A program made the translations under genes and the position numbers. Below, in pieces: positions 1 to 11,511 of a DNA stretch of 64,000 bases. Source of the DNA: Azolla caroliniana (lineage: Eukaryota > Plantae > Polypodiophyta); contig JBHGNT010000004.1 in NCBI GenBank assembly GCA_043228905.1, forward strand, positions 7,812,001 to 7,876,000. The letters run 5' to 3'. A model generated the notes under the pieces. That model was not told the DNA's origin, did no database searches, and saw nothing but the letters and a program-made list of their open reading frames with translations. How positions within the stretch are numbered: the first letter of the stretch is position 1; each line of letters opens with the position of its first letter.

Positions 1-393
1 TCAAAGTGGGTGTGGAACAACGAACAGGTGTTTAAGCGTAATGCGTAAGGGAAGAACCCCTGTAACCTATCAGCGTATAAGGGAAGACGGCTACAACCGA
101 ATCCCTATCAAGGGTTACACTTACGTACTACAACGCTTAAGTATTCAAGACACCCACACTGAATTAGCCGTAGCTATACACAAAAAATCAGAGAAGATAG
201 AATTCTATTATCAGGCGTTTCTTTACATTCCCCAAAATTACACGCACCTCCATCAGAGGTTTTCTGCCCTTTATATATGCAGGGTCTAATTAGCCGTTCA
301 CGCTTCCTGCGTGAACCGTTACATGCGTTATGCTCTTATATAATTTCTTATTCCTACGCTTTTGTTCGTCGATTACTATTCCGGCGGACAACA
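1..393 (-). mobile_element. Partial LTR of the same family as the 16893-18291 element, truncated by the window edge, inserted into the pol of the Tcn1-like element
   Basis: The minus strand begins TGTTGTCCGCCGGAATAGTAA at 393, matching the LTR start TGTTGTCCGCTGGAATAGTAA at 16893. Blocks shared throughout (ctaattagaccctgcatatataaagggcagaaaacc; gttcgttgttccacacccac). Confidence 0.85.
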
Positions 394-550
394 GACATAT
401 ACAAGCTTTTTAAAGAATAACAAACCATCATGATATTCAAATTGTCGGTAGTCCATACCTGGTTGCTGAGACTGGGAACAGGATGCCCGAGAGGTATCAA
501 TGTGCGCTAGAATGTCTTGAGCAAAACTGTCTGTCTTCAAGTTCGCACGT
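394..550 (-). mobile_element. Continuation of Tcn1-like pol (RNaseH-integrase linker), split off by the 551-7978 insertion
   Basis: Removing 551-7978 and one ACGT copy restores the frame ...DAIR/ANLKTDSFAQDILAHI...FEYHDGLLFFKKLVYV. Confidence 0.8.
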
Positions 551-1468
551 TGTCGTGAAGAATGTGCTTCACGATATAAAAATGAGCTTAAATGTTGTAT
601 TTAATAATATTTGAGAGACTTGAACCCACATCCTTATAAACGATATACAATGTACATACCACTAGGCTAGGCTATTTATTTGTAAAAGTGTGTAATAAAT
701 GTGCTTCATGATATAAGAATGAAGCTATATATTGTATTAAGTAATATTGAGGGACTTGAACCCTCAACCTTGTATACCAAGCACCAAGTATACACCACTA
801 AGCTAGGTTAGTTATTTTAGAATGCATTTTCATCATTATACTTATCCCATATCTATTTTCATACATAGCCATCATTCATCACATGCAATGCATGTGCGCC
901 AAATGGCGATCATGCATTACATGTAACTCATGCATTGCATGCATGCCATGCTCCCATACATTACCATATGCATGGTAACACTTTTATAAAGAGGGGAAAG
1001 GGAAAACAAAGGGAATCAAGAGAGAGTGAGAAAATAATACAATCAAGTAAAGAAGTCTAGCTCATTGGGTGGAGAACCTCTCGTTTCGAAGTTGATGTCG
1101 TGGGTTCAAATCAAGGGTCGGTAGAGAATGTGTTCAGTTTGCGATCAAGGATTGTAAAGTTGGTAAAATATTATATTTTTAATATACATCATGTTTATAT
1201 CATATACTCTTGTTCCTTGATTCATACTTTGTCTCAATCTTCCTTCTTAAATCATATTTTGTGTCTATCTTGCTTCTTGAATCATATATTGTCTCTATCT
1301 TCTATCTATTCTCGTCTCTCTCTCTCACACATTACTCATAACTCTTCTTCTTGCTACTCTTAACCTTTCTAACATCACCATACAAGCCTTATTAAAAGTT
1401 AAGTTTCTTCAACTCCCCTTAACCTTAGTCCCCGCGACTTCGCCGCACGAACCACAACTACCCCGACA
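551..1468 (+). repeat. 5' LTR
   Basis: Near-identical to 7061-7978; TG...CA ends; TATA-like TTTTATAAA at 982-990. Confidence 0.97.
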
Positions 1469-1472
1469 CATT

Positions 1473-1490
1473 TGGTGAACCCGACGTGAA
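1473..1490 (+). promoter_or_regulatory. Primer-binding site complementary to the 3' end of tRNA-Trp
   Basis: TGGTGAACCCGACGTGAA is the reverse complement of the plant tRNA-Trp 3' end (TTCACGTCGGGTTCACCA), 4 nt after the LTR. Confidence 0.85.
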
Positions 1491-1507
1491 AGCGGCGACA
1501 AGGAGAA

Positions 1508-3622
1508 ATGGAGGAGCAAATGAGGCTTATGTGTACGATGATGGAACGAGTGATGCGGGAACAAGGGATGATGGCAAGCATCGACAAAGCCGTCGACAAT
1601 ATTCTCGCACGAGTAGGAATCTTCGAAGGTATAAATTTAACAAGTTTTCTGAAGATTTATAATGAAGAAATGCTTAAACGCGGTGTCGACGAAGCTACAA
1701 AAATTAATAGCTTTAGTCGAGTCGCTGCGATTGGGCTACAAGAGAGGATCCAAGAGCTCCAAAGGGAGAATCAGACATGGACAACATTCGAAAGGGCATT
1801 ACTCAATGAATACAACCTCAACGATATGTCAAGGATGACAAGGCAAGCTTTCATGGATTGGGTAGAGTCTAATAAACATTTAAGTGTTTTGGAAGTATTA
1901 AAAGAGTTTTCTGAAAGATTTGAGCAACTAAATGTTAGAGATAGAAATATAATAGTGCCAGATAAAGTAATATTGTTTCTACAAGCTACTAATATTAAAG
2001 ACAGGAAGGACTTGGGAATGCTTTTAGAAGATCAGAATAGTCCAAGTGGACTTACCGAAGACTGGGAGGAGGTGAAAAGGACGTGCGCCCATTTCTGCAA
2101 AAGAAAGTTATGGTTTATGGAGTTGCCCGACAGAAATGATGAAGAAACGGGGAACGAGTCGGGAGAAAAGAAAGTAGAAGAATCACTCTTACACGAATTA
2201 GTGAAAGGCATGAAAGACTTGTCGATCAAAGTGACGAAGCTAGAATCGGGACAAAGCTCGACTTCATCAAGGCAGGGAGGTGGAATGGTCCGAAGGTGTA
2301 TGTGGTGTGATAGTATCGATCACCAGAAGAAAGATTGTCAAGAGCATAGGGATGCTCTTAATCATAATAAAATCTACTATCAAGATGGCAAGATTCACTC
2401 AACTGAGACTCGACAACCACTTCAACTCAACTTCGGGCGAGGAGGAATGAAAAGGCTAATGGAAGATGCCGAGAGAGAAACGACTCAAGCGATACAATCC
2501 GTGGCAACCTTAGGATTGCGCGTAGAAGACTCATATGGTGGATCTGGCTTTTGGCAAGATGTGATGGATTATGCAAGAAAAGGGAAGGTTCGAGTGGATG
2601 AATTAAAAAGAGCGGGAGATGAAATACGAAACTTCACTGGATGGAATGATCCAGTAGACGCGCTATCAGCATTCGCCCAAGTGAATGCACAAGATGTGCT
2701 AGTGGAAGAGAAGCGAAAGAGAGCTGAGGAAGCTGATCCGACAAAGAGACATGAGACACGAGAACAGAAGAGAAGGGACATGGAAAAGGGTGCTACTGAG
2801 CCAAAGGAAGCTGATAAAGTAAAAGGAAAGACAGGCCCATCTTTCAAGCTTGCCTCAGACATAGAAACTACGACAGATATAAAAAAGGTACTAGAAACAA
2901 GAATACTAAATAGTAAGGTAGAATTTACTTTACGAGAAGTGTTGGGTATAGCAAAGAAAGAATTTCATGAAGTTATCATAGATATTATTAGAAGGAAGAG
3001 ACAGGTGACGGAGGAAATTACGGGAGGGTGTGCAACAACACTCCAAGATTTGTATGGTGGCACCATCAATGCTGCAAGTGTAAAAAACCAGAATGATGTT
3101 GGCGTCCATGAAGGGGATAGGAGTCACTATACAAGGGACCATTGGGCTCGAGCAACAACGGAGGCACCTGCAAAAATTGGGGAGCAGCAAATTCCATGTA
3201 TTGCTTTGATCGATCATGGATCAGAGATTAACATGATGTCATCGGAATTTTACGCTCGAGGACGGTGGCCGATCGACAAGAATCATGGGTGGAAAATAAG
3301 AGCTGCCACAGAAACTACGGAGGATCTATTCGGAGCATGTCCTAGTGTGAAGGTAACAATTGGTGATGTCTCGGTGAATCAAAATTTCTTTGTGTAGGAT
3401 CGATCAACCTACCCCGTCATCCTTGGCCAGCCCTACATCACCGCAGTGAGGATGGAAACAAAGGTTATTGATGATGGTTCGGCTTTCGCGAGAATCAAGA
3501 GTCAAGATGGAAGAAAGACTGTCCAATTCTTAACCGTGAGGCCCAACCATGAAAGAAACAAAGAATGCTTGAGGGAACATCCAATTCAAGAGATGGATGA
3601 AGAGTTTTCCCAGGATTTTTAG
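1508..3622 (+). CDS. Gag-protease ORF with an internal TAG at 3395-3397
   Basis: Zinc knuckle CMWCDSIDHQKKDC; aspartic protease ALIDHGSE. The frame continues past the TAG (DRSTYPVILGQP...SQDF*) to the stop at 3620-3622. Confidence 0.88.
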
Positions 3623-6600
3623 ATAGGGCTTTTACAGGTAGGGGCTGTGATAGCCCGAGCATAAAAGAAAACCCCATAAATAATAATGTAAATAAAGATA
3701 TTCCTTGTACAATCTCATCTAATGGTGCTACTTTTATACTAAAAGTAAATAATAATAAAATACAAAATGCTTTCGAGTACTTTAAGTGTTTTGGATTAAT
3801 AGATGATGATGAAGAAATTCAGGATATGTTTGAAGAATTAAGTTTTGAAGATACAATAACTCATTTGGAAGCAATGGAAGAAGACAATGAAATCCAAGTT
3901 CCTGTCCATTCAATCAAGATGTATGAGGTCATTGAAGAAGTTGCTCGAAAGGATCATGAAGCACATGTACTAACAAAGTACAAGACAGTGGAGAAGAAGG
4001 TTCGTCCTATTGCTGCTCCACTTCCAAGGGATAGTGAAAAGGCAATCAAAGAAGCAGCCACAGAGCCAATGATCAGAGACCCACGAAAGGTAGGACATGT
4101 GTTTACTCCGGAAACAATACAAGGGATGAAAATAGGAGGGGGTGACTTCCTATTACCCGCTGAAGAAAAGCAGTTCAGGGAGATGTTAAAAAGGCATGGA
4201 AAGGCGTTTGCATTCCAACCGGAGGAAATAGGGTGTGTGGATCCAGAAATTGTGGAGCCCATGGTTATATTCACTATCCCTCATATTCCATGGAACTTTA
4301 AGCCAATACCCATGCCTAGGGCTAGAATCCCTCAACTATTAGAACTTTTGAAAGAAAAGATAAGGATGGGTATCTTGGAACCATCGAACGCTCCTTACTC
4401 GAGTCGATGGTTCACTGTGTTAAAGAAAGATGGGCGACTCCGATTTATCCAAGATATGCAACCCGTGAATAAGGTAACAATCCGAAACTCGGGAGTAGGG
4501 CCAATTGTGGATGAGTTTGCTGAGATGTTTGCAGGAAGAGCTATATATTCAATGGGAGACCTTTATTCCGGGTATGATCAATTTCAACTTGCTATCAAAA
4601 GTCGAGATATAACTTCTATCAAGACACCTATAGGGTTAGTACGGATGTGCACCTTGCCGCAAGGAGCGACCAACTCAATGGCGCATATGATGAATGGAAT
4701 GAACAAGGTACTTCGTGATTTTATTCCTCATATTACAATGCCTTTTCTAGATGATGTTCCAATTAAGGGATGCAAGGAGGAAGAGAAGAACGAGGAATTG
4801 GACGAAAGTGGTTGCCGTCAATTCGTTGCTGATCATATCAAGGATTGTGAGAAGGTGCTATCAAGGATGGAAGAAGTGCATTTGACCTTATCAGGGGCAA
4901 AGTCAATATTTGGGGCAAAAGAGATATTAATAGTTGGTCATATGTGTGGCCCGTATGGGAGAAAGCCATCCCCAACCAAGGTCAATGCAATTCAAAATAT
5001 GCAAGAGGAATGTACATCCATCTCAGAAGTACGAAGGTTTCTGGGGGTATGTGTTTTTTACTGTAAATGGATTCCGCATTATGCCCATTTATCTGAACCT
5101 TTATATAGACTCCTAAGAAAAGGAGAGACATTTGAATGGAGTGAAGAGCATTCAAAGGCAATGAAAAAATTGAAGTACTACTTGGCACAAGCTCCACCAT
5201 TAAAGCAACCAGACTACACCCGGCCCATATATCTCACAGTAGACTCTAGTCCCATTGGAATTGGATGGGTGATAAGCCAGCAAGATAGGGAAGAAAGGTA
5301 TCCAGTCCGATTCGGGGCAAAGGTTCTTAGTGGTCGACAAAGAAAATATGCACAGGTGAAAAGAGAGCTATGGGGGATAGTAACAGCTGTAAAGACAGAC
5401 AGAGATTACTTAATTGGTGCTGAAGTAATAATAGAAACAGATTGTTTGCCTATTCTGGGTATCATAGCTAATTGTGATATTCCAGATCAAGCCATGTTAA
5501 GATGGTGTATCTATATTAGATCAATCAACCCTGAAGTTCGACATATCTCTGGGAATAGAAATGCAGTAGCAGATATGTTATCAAGAGCAAGATATGAGGA
5601 AGAGGAGATTCCAGACTCGGACGATGAGGACAAAGAACAAATAGTCCTTACCACAAGCATTACTCGGGAAGGAGGAATGCAGTTTCTAGAAGAGGAGTAT
5701 GAAGAAGAATTCAAGGAAATAGGGAAATACCTACAAACCCCTGACAAGTACAAAGGTCGATCGTTCGCACAGTTTCGCAAGAAAGCCCATAAGTTCTTCC
5801 TGCATGAAGGATATCTATGGCGACATCCGAAAACCAAGACTGGAAACCCGCAAAGAGTAATAGGTTCTGAAGGGCAAAGAAAGGAGATAATCAGAGAGCT
5901 GCATGACAAAGAATGGGCTGGTCATCGAGGAGTGTGGGCCACTTTCAGTAAGATTAAAGAACGATTTTGGTGGCCTCGATACTATGAGCAAATAAAAAAG
6001 TATGTGGAAACTTGTCCCACTTGTCAATATTATTCAAATGTAAAATTTTGTGATGAATTACACCCAACATACTCACCGGGGGTGCATTACAAGTGGATGA
6101 TAGATTTGGTAACAATGCCACTTGGAATAGGACAAAAGAGATACTTGGTTCTTGCTAGAGAAGATCTAACAAATCAAGTGGAAGGCCGTTCATTGCGAAC
6201 AAAAGGGACATTAGGAGTATGTCAATTCATTTTGGAAGACATTGTTTGTAGATATGGATGTATCGGGAAGATAGTGGCAGATAGGGGAGAACTCAATTCT
6301 GCGGAAGCTCAAGATTTTTTCGACAAAATAGGAATTCGGCTTTCTTTGACAATGGCGTACAATCTAGAAGCTAATGGAAAGGTAGAAAGGGGACATGGGC
6401 CAATAGTCAAAGCTTTGGCAAAGGCATGTAGAGGAAGGGTCAGTGATTGGCCAAAAACCTTAGCCTATGCACTATGGGCTGATAGGACAACTCACAGCAC
6501 TGTTACTGGATATATGCCTGCAGAATTAATCACAGGACAGAAGCCAATAATGCCAATTGAAGAAAAGATAACTACATGGGCTGTGTTGCCTTGGGAATCG

Positions 6601-7068
6601 GAAATGAGTAGGGAAGATTTACTTGCGGTTCGAATACGACAACTTCAATCAAGGACAGAAGACATAGAAAAAGCAGCTACTAGATTGAAAGAGGCAAGAA
6701 TCAAGAATAAGGACAGATTTGACAAGATGAAAAGAATACGACCAAGAAAAGTGCAAGAAGGAGATTGGGTATTAGTATATGATAATAGTCTAGATAATCA
6801 ATATAGTACTATTCGGAAGTTTTCAAAAAGATGGTTTGGACCTTATGAAGTTAGGAAAATAACAGATAAAGCCACATATTTCCTCAATGAATTAGATGGG
6901 ACAAAAATTCGTATCCCAATTGCAGGAAAAAGGATTAAAATATTTAAAAGGAGGGAGTCATTAGAGCCCGAATTTTATGAAGAAGTAGAAGAACTAAAAG
7001 AATCGGAAGAAGTGTTGGATGAACTCTGCACAACCAATGTGCAAGTTCAGAGGGGGTGGGTGTCGTGA
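3601..7068 (+). CDS. Pol (RT-RNaseH-integrase), in the -1 frame relative to gag
   Basis: RT (LPQGATNS, FLDD), RNaseH (DSS...ELW...TDC), integrase HHCC and DDE, GPY motif, no chromodomain. Frame is open from 3601. Confidence 0.95.
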   Translation, partial: RVFPGFLDRAFTGRGCDSPSIKENPINNNVNKDIPCTISSNGATFILKVNNNKIQNAFEYFKCFGLIDDDEEIQDMFEELSFEDTITHLEAMEEDNEIQVPVHSIKMYEVIEEVARKDHEAHVLTKYKTVEKKVRPIAAPLPRDSEKAIKEAATEPMIRDPRKVGHVFTPETIQGMKIGGGDFLLPAEEKQFREMLKRHGKAFAFQPEEIGCVDPEIVEPMVIFTIPHIPWNFKPIPMPRARIPQLLELLKEKIRMGILEPSNAPYSSRWFTVLKKDGRLRFIQDMQPVNKVTIRNSGVGPIVDEFAEMFAGRAIYSMGDLYSGYDQFQLAIKSRDITSIKTPIGLVRMCTLPQGATNSMAHMMNGMNKVLRDFIPHITMPFLDDVPIKGCKEEEKNEELDESGCRQFVADHIKDCEKVLSRMEEVHLTLSGAKSIFGAKEILIVGHMCGPYGRKPSPTKVNAIQNMQEECTSISEVRRFLGVCVFYCKWIPHYAHLSEPLYRLLRKGETFEWSEEHSKAMKKLKYYLAQAPPLKQPDYTRPIYLTVDSSPIGIGWVISQQDREERYPVRFGAKVLSGRQRKYAQVKRELWGIVTAVKTDRDYLIGAEVIIETDCLPILGIIANCDIPDQAMLRWCIYIRSINPEVRHISGNRNAVADMLSRARYEEEEIPDSDDEDKEQIVLTTSITREGGMQFLEEEYEEEFKEIGKYLQTPDKYKGRSFAQFRKKAHKFFLHEGYLWRHPKTKTGNPQRVIGSEGQRKEIIRELHDKEWAGHRGVWATFSKIKERFWWPRYYEQIKKYVETCPTCQYYSNVKFCDELHPTYSPGVHYKWMIDLVTMPLGIGQKRYLVLAREDLTNQVEGRSLRTKGTLGVCQFILEDIVCRYGCIGKIVADRGELNSAEAQDFFDKIGIRLSLTMAYNLEANGKVERGHGPIVKALAKACRGRVSDWPKTLAYALWADRTTHSTVTGYMPAELITGQKPIMPIEEKITTWAVLPWESEMSREDLLAVRIRQLQSRTEDIEKAATRLKEARIKNKDRFDKMKRIRPRKVQEGDWVLVYDNSLDNQYSTIRKFSKRWFGPYEVRKITDKATYFLNELDGTKIRIPIAGKRIKIFKRRESLEPEFYEEVEELKESEEVLDELCTTNVQVQRGWVS

Positions 7069-7978
7069 AGAATGTGCTTCACGATATAAAAATGAGCTTA
7101 AATGTTGTATTTAATAATATTTGAGAGACTTGAACCCACATCCTTATAAACAATATACAATGTACATACCACTAGGCTAGGCTATTTATTTGTAAAAGTG
7201 TGTAATAAATGTGCTTCATGATATAAGAATGAAGCTATATATTGTATTAAGTAATATTGAGGGACTTGAACCCTCAACCTTGTATACCAAGCACCAAGTA
7301 TACACCACTAAGCTAGGTTAGTTATTTTAGAATGCATTTTCATCATTATACTTATCCCATATCTATTTTCATACATAGCCATCATTCATCACATGCAATG
7401 CATGTGCGCCAAATGGCGATCATGCATTACATGTAACTCATGCATTGCATGCATGCCATGCTCCCATACATTACCATATGCATGGTAACACTTTTATAAA
7501 GAGGGGAAAGGGAAAACAAAGGGAATCAAGAGAGAGTGAGAAAATAATACAATCAAGTAAAGAAGTCTAGCTCATTGGGTGGAGAACCTCTCGTTTCGAA
7601 GTTGATGTCGTGGGTTCAAATCAAGGGTCGGTAGAGAATGTGTTCAGTTTGCGATCAAGGATTGTAAAGTTGGTAAAATATTATATTTTTAATATACATC
7701 ATGTTTATATCATATACTCTTGTTCCTTGATTCATACTTTGTCTCAATCTTCCTTCTTAAATCATATTTTGTGTCTATCTTGCTTCTTGAATCATATATT
7801 GTCTCTATCTTCTATCTATTCTCGTCTCTCTCTCTCACACATTACTCGTAACTCTTCTTCTTGCTACTCTTAACCTTTCTAACATCACCATACAAGCCTT
7901 ATTAAAAGTTAAGTTTCTTCAACTCCCCTTAACCTTAGTCCCCGCGACTTCGCCGCACGAACCACAACTACCCCGACA
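7061..7978 (+). repeat. 3' LTR
   Basis: Copy of 551-1468, preceded by a PPT and followed by TSD ACGT. Confidence 0.97.
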
Positions 7979-10900
7979 ACGTATGGCATCGGTAATCCGG
8001 GAATCCATTGGGGTGTGAAAAATCCGCGTTGTGTGCAATCGTGTTGGTCCCAAGATTACTTGCTTTTGATTATCAAACGTTGGATCATCAGGACGATGTG
8101 CAAGATATGAACGCCGTGATAGCGCATCTGCTTTTCCTTGCTGCTTTCCCGGTCGATATGTGATTTTGAAGTCGAAACGCGTGAGGAATTGAGCCCACCG
8201 AGCTTGCCGTCGATTTAGCACCCGCGCGTTCTGGAAATAAGCAAGGTTTTTGTGATCACTAAAGACGATGACTTGATGTGGAGAGCCCTCTAAGAAATGC
8301 TTCCATTGCACAAAGGAATCCACGATGGCTAATAACTCCTTGTCATGTATTTCGCAATTGATTTCCGCGGCATCGAATTTGCGCGAATGGAAAGCCACAG
8401 GATGTAACTCTTCTTTATCTCCTTGTTGAGAAAGGATGCTACCGAGGGCGAAATCCGATGCGTCGGCCTCCATGATGAATGATTTCTTTGTATCCACATG
8501 TGCTAGAATAGGAGCTGACGTAAAGGCTTTCTTAAGATGCTGAAAAGCCATGTCCGCTTCATTGGACCAAAGAAATGCTTGTCCCTTCTTCATAAGTTGT
8601 GTGAGAGGTAAAATAATCTTCGAGTAATCCTGTATAAACTTGTGGTAGAAGTTCGCAAAACCTAGAAAACATTGTACATCTCATACCAACTGTGCAATTT
8701 GCCACTCTAGCACAATTTGGACTTTAGTTAGATCCGTGCTCTTCTTGGGACTTCGAATAAATCAAGAGATCATCCAGATAGATGATCAAATAGATATCCA
8801 AGAGGTCTCTGAATATATCATTTGCCATGTGTTGGAAGACTGCGGGTGCATTGGTTAGACCGAACGACATAACAATATATTCGAAATGCCCATACCGCGT
8901 GCGAAAGGCGGTCTTCCATTCATCTCCCGGCCGGATCCGCACGAGGTTATACGCTCCTCGTAGATCGATTTTTGTAAAGAACTTGGCACCATTAACTCGC
9001 TCTAAAAGACTTGATATAAGAGGAAGTGCATACCTATTCCGGATGGTGACTTTATTTAAGCCGCGGTAATCAACGACAAGACGAAGTGAGCCATCTTTCT
9101 TCTTGACAAAGAAGATGGGTGCACTGGCCGGAGATTTCAAATGACGAAGAAACCCACTTTCCAAGTTCTCCTCTATGTAGGCTTGAAGGACTTCTAACTC
9201 AGTGGGGGACAAGTTGTAAATTGGTCCCCATGGTGGCTCTGCTCCCGGTTGTAGATCGATGGGACAATCATAGGGACGATGATGAGGAAGAGTACCGGTT
9301 TTTACCTTGTCAAATACATCGGCATAAGGATGATATTTTGCCGGAAGTTGTACTAAGGATTCCTCCTTAATAGGGCTGGAAGGATGTACTAATATTGCAA
9401 GTAGGAACATTGCCTCCTTGTGTCCTTCTTCGCGTAATTGACGTAGTGAAATGGTCAAAACTTGATGAGTAGATTCTTGGGGTTGTCGATGTCGGACTTC
9501 TCTTGTTCTCCAATCTATGTCTGGATTATGTAATTCAAACCAAGGTAATCCCAGGACAATGGGATGCTCTGGACTACTAATTATATTAAATGCTACTACA
9601 CACACAAAACTACCTAGGACAACTCGAATGGGTTCTGACTCTTCTACAATATTCCCGGAAGCAATGGGACGACCATCAATGACTACTACAGATGCGGGGC
9701 AAGGAAGTTTTCTTAAGGATATCTGAGAAGCTTGGGCAAAATTTCGATCCATGAAACAGGAATTAGCTTCGGAATCTAGAAGTGCTAGGACATGTACTAG
9801 GGGAGTACTTTTAGTACTAACCATGACTTGGGGTAGGAACACATTGCTAACTTGCTTGGAGGGAATGGAACCACTAATGGGCTGTACAGATCTAGGGTTG
9901 TCCAACCAAACGACTCCTATTTTGGCTAGACTCAATCGTTTAACTCTTCATCTAATTGACTAAGGATTTCAAATTTGTTTGAGATACTTGGGCTATTAGT
10001 ACTATTAATACTATCAAACAATCTATTAGTACTATTAATACTATTAGACACTCCTAAGGGAAGAATTGACTCGGGTTTAGTACAGGCGACGATTTGATTT
10101 ACCTGTCTTCTTGGACTATGGGGACAATTGATTGCGATATGCCCTGGTCCACCGCAATAAAGACATAATCGATTTGCACGTCGTCGTTGCTTTTGTTCGT
10201 CCGATAACGAGCCACGTCGACGCATGGTATCGATATCCATCAGTATCGAAGTATTTGCTTGAGGTATGTCTCGTGCAAACGGTTTAGCTGCGATTGAGGC
10301 GTAAGTGGGCTCCGGCCTAGAGCGTGGTATCTATAATTGACATTCCGAACGCCGTTCGAAAAGGCGGTTGTCACATCTGACCGCTCGACTGATTGCCTCC
10401 GTAAGAGACTTTGGTTCTTCGGGGAATGTTAGAAGTAGATCTTTGACATCGTTTCGCTGGCCGTAGCGAAATTGCTCCATTAGTGCTTGATCATCCCAAG
10501 GGATATCTGAAGCGAGTAGACGGAAATCCGCTGCGTACATAGACGCTAGACGATCGCCTTGACACAATCGTTGGATCTTGTTGATCGTCGTCCTGATGAT
10601 GTCGGTGTCTCCAAAGCCGGCTTTAAACTCACTAATAAAATCTTCAAAGTTATTAAGCAAGGGCGATTGTTTTTCTAGAATTGGAGCGAACCATGCTAAG
10701 GCCGAGCCGCTAAGCAACGTGCCTATTAGGCTGACTCGGGATGCATTAGTGGGGTATCGGGAAGGATGCATTTGGATGACTAATCATACCGATCCTTGTT
10801 GTTGCAATGCTGCTTCGAGTTGTTGTACCCATAACGCTAACTCCCCATGATGTTGCTGCGTTTGTTGTTTTTCTAGGGCGATTTGTTGCAGATCCCCTAT

Positions 10901-11511
10901 CAACCGTTGGTTTTCTTGTTCCAAGGCAACAAATTTTTCTTTTAGGCATTGTAGCTCGGAGAAAACGGATTGATATTCTTGGGCGCTAACAGTAGCCATA
11001 GTATAGGTAAAAGGGTAGGAGGATGAGGGAGAACGACAAGTAGGGTTGAGGAAAAATTGGTTTGAACTGTCAGGAATAGTACTAAAGCAAAGAGAATTAG
11101 TACTAAAGAATGGAAGTACTATTAGTACTAAGAGGACGAGACTGCGTAAGATTCCCGAGAGAGAAAGAGAGAAGGGAAGAGAGAGATAGCGAGGATGAGA
11201 GAGAGAGAGAGACGATGATGATAACAACTAATGTATTATGTGAAGGATAAGTACAAAGTGGCTAAGAGGCTTAAGACTGGCATTGAACCAATTTGGTTCA
11301 ACATAATCCCTAGTGCCTTCTTTTATAGTATTCTCAGGAGTAATCCTGAAGCTTCTAGAATGTTCCAGAGAAATCTAGAATATACATTAACTTCCTATAA
11401 TAAAAGTTAAATGAAAATAATATTCTACGTATTACAATAGATGGTATAATGGTCAAGAGCTCGACCCATATAACATAAGGTCATGGGTTTGAGTCTTGCC
11501 ATATCATGACA
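7979..11511 (-). mobile_element. Degenerate Tcn1-like Ty3/gypsy element (gag, PR, RT, RNaseH) with a probable short 5' LTR at about 11239-11511
   Basis: Gag fragments (MATVSAQEYQ; LLSGSALAWF; CLYCGGPGHIAINC), PR ALLDSEAN, RT FTKIDLRGAYNL / YLDDLLIYS, RH DASDFALG. Frameshifts and stops present; LTR limits tentative (minus TGTCATG...TTCACA). Confidence 0.85.

Larger units (their letters stand above)
551..7978 (+). mobile_element. Full-length, very young Ty3/gypsy LTR retrotransposon (non-chromovirus, fungal-like lineage)
   Basis: 918-bp LTRs at 551-1468 and 7061-7978 (TGTCG...CGACA; 2 differences seen by eye), 4-bp TSD ACGT (547-550 / 7979-7982), PBS at 1473, PPT AGAGGGGGTGGG before 7061, gag-PR and RT-RH-INT ORFs. 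Confidence 0.97.

Noticed and set aside
608-1115. Functional tRNA genes in the LTR
   Set aside because: Acceptor and anticodon stems do not pair; only A/B boxes and a T-arm are present.
1100-1363. 87-aa ORF duplicated at 7610-7873
   Set aside because: Lies inside the LTRs; low-complexity, non-ATG start.
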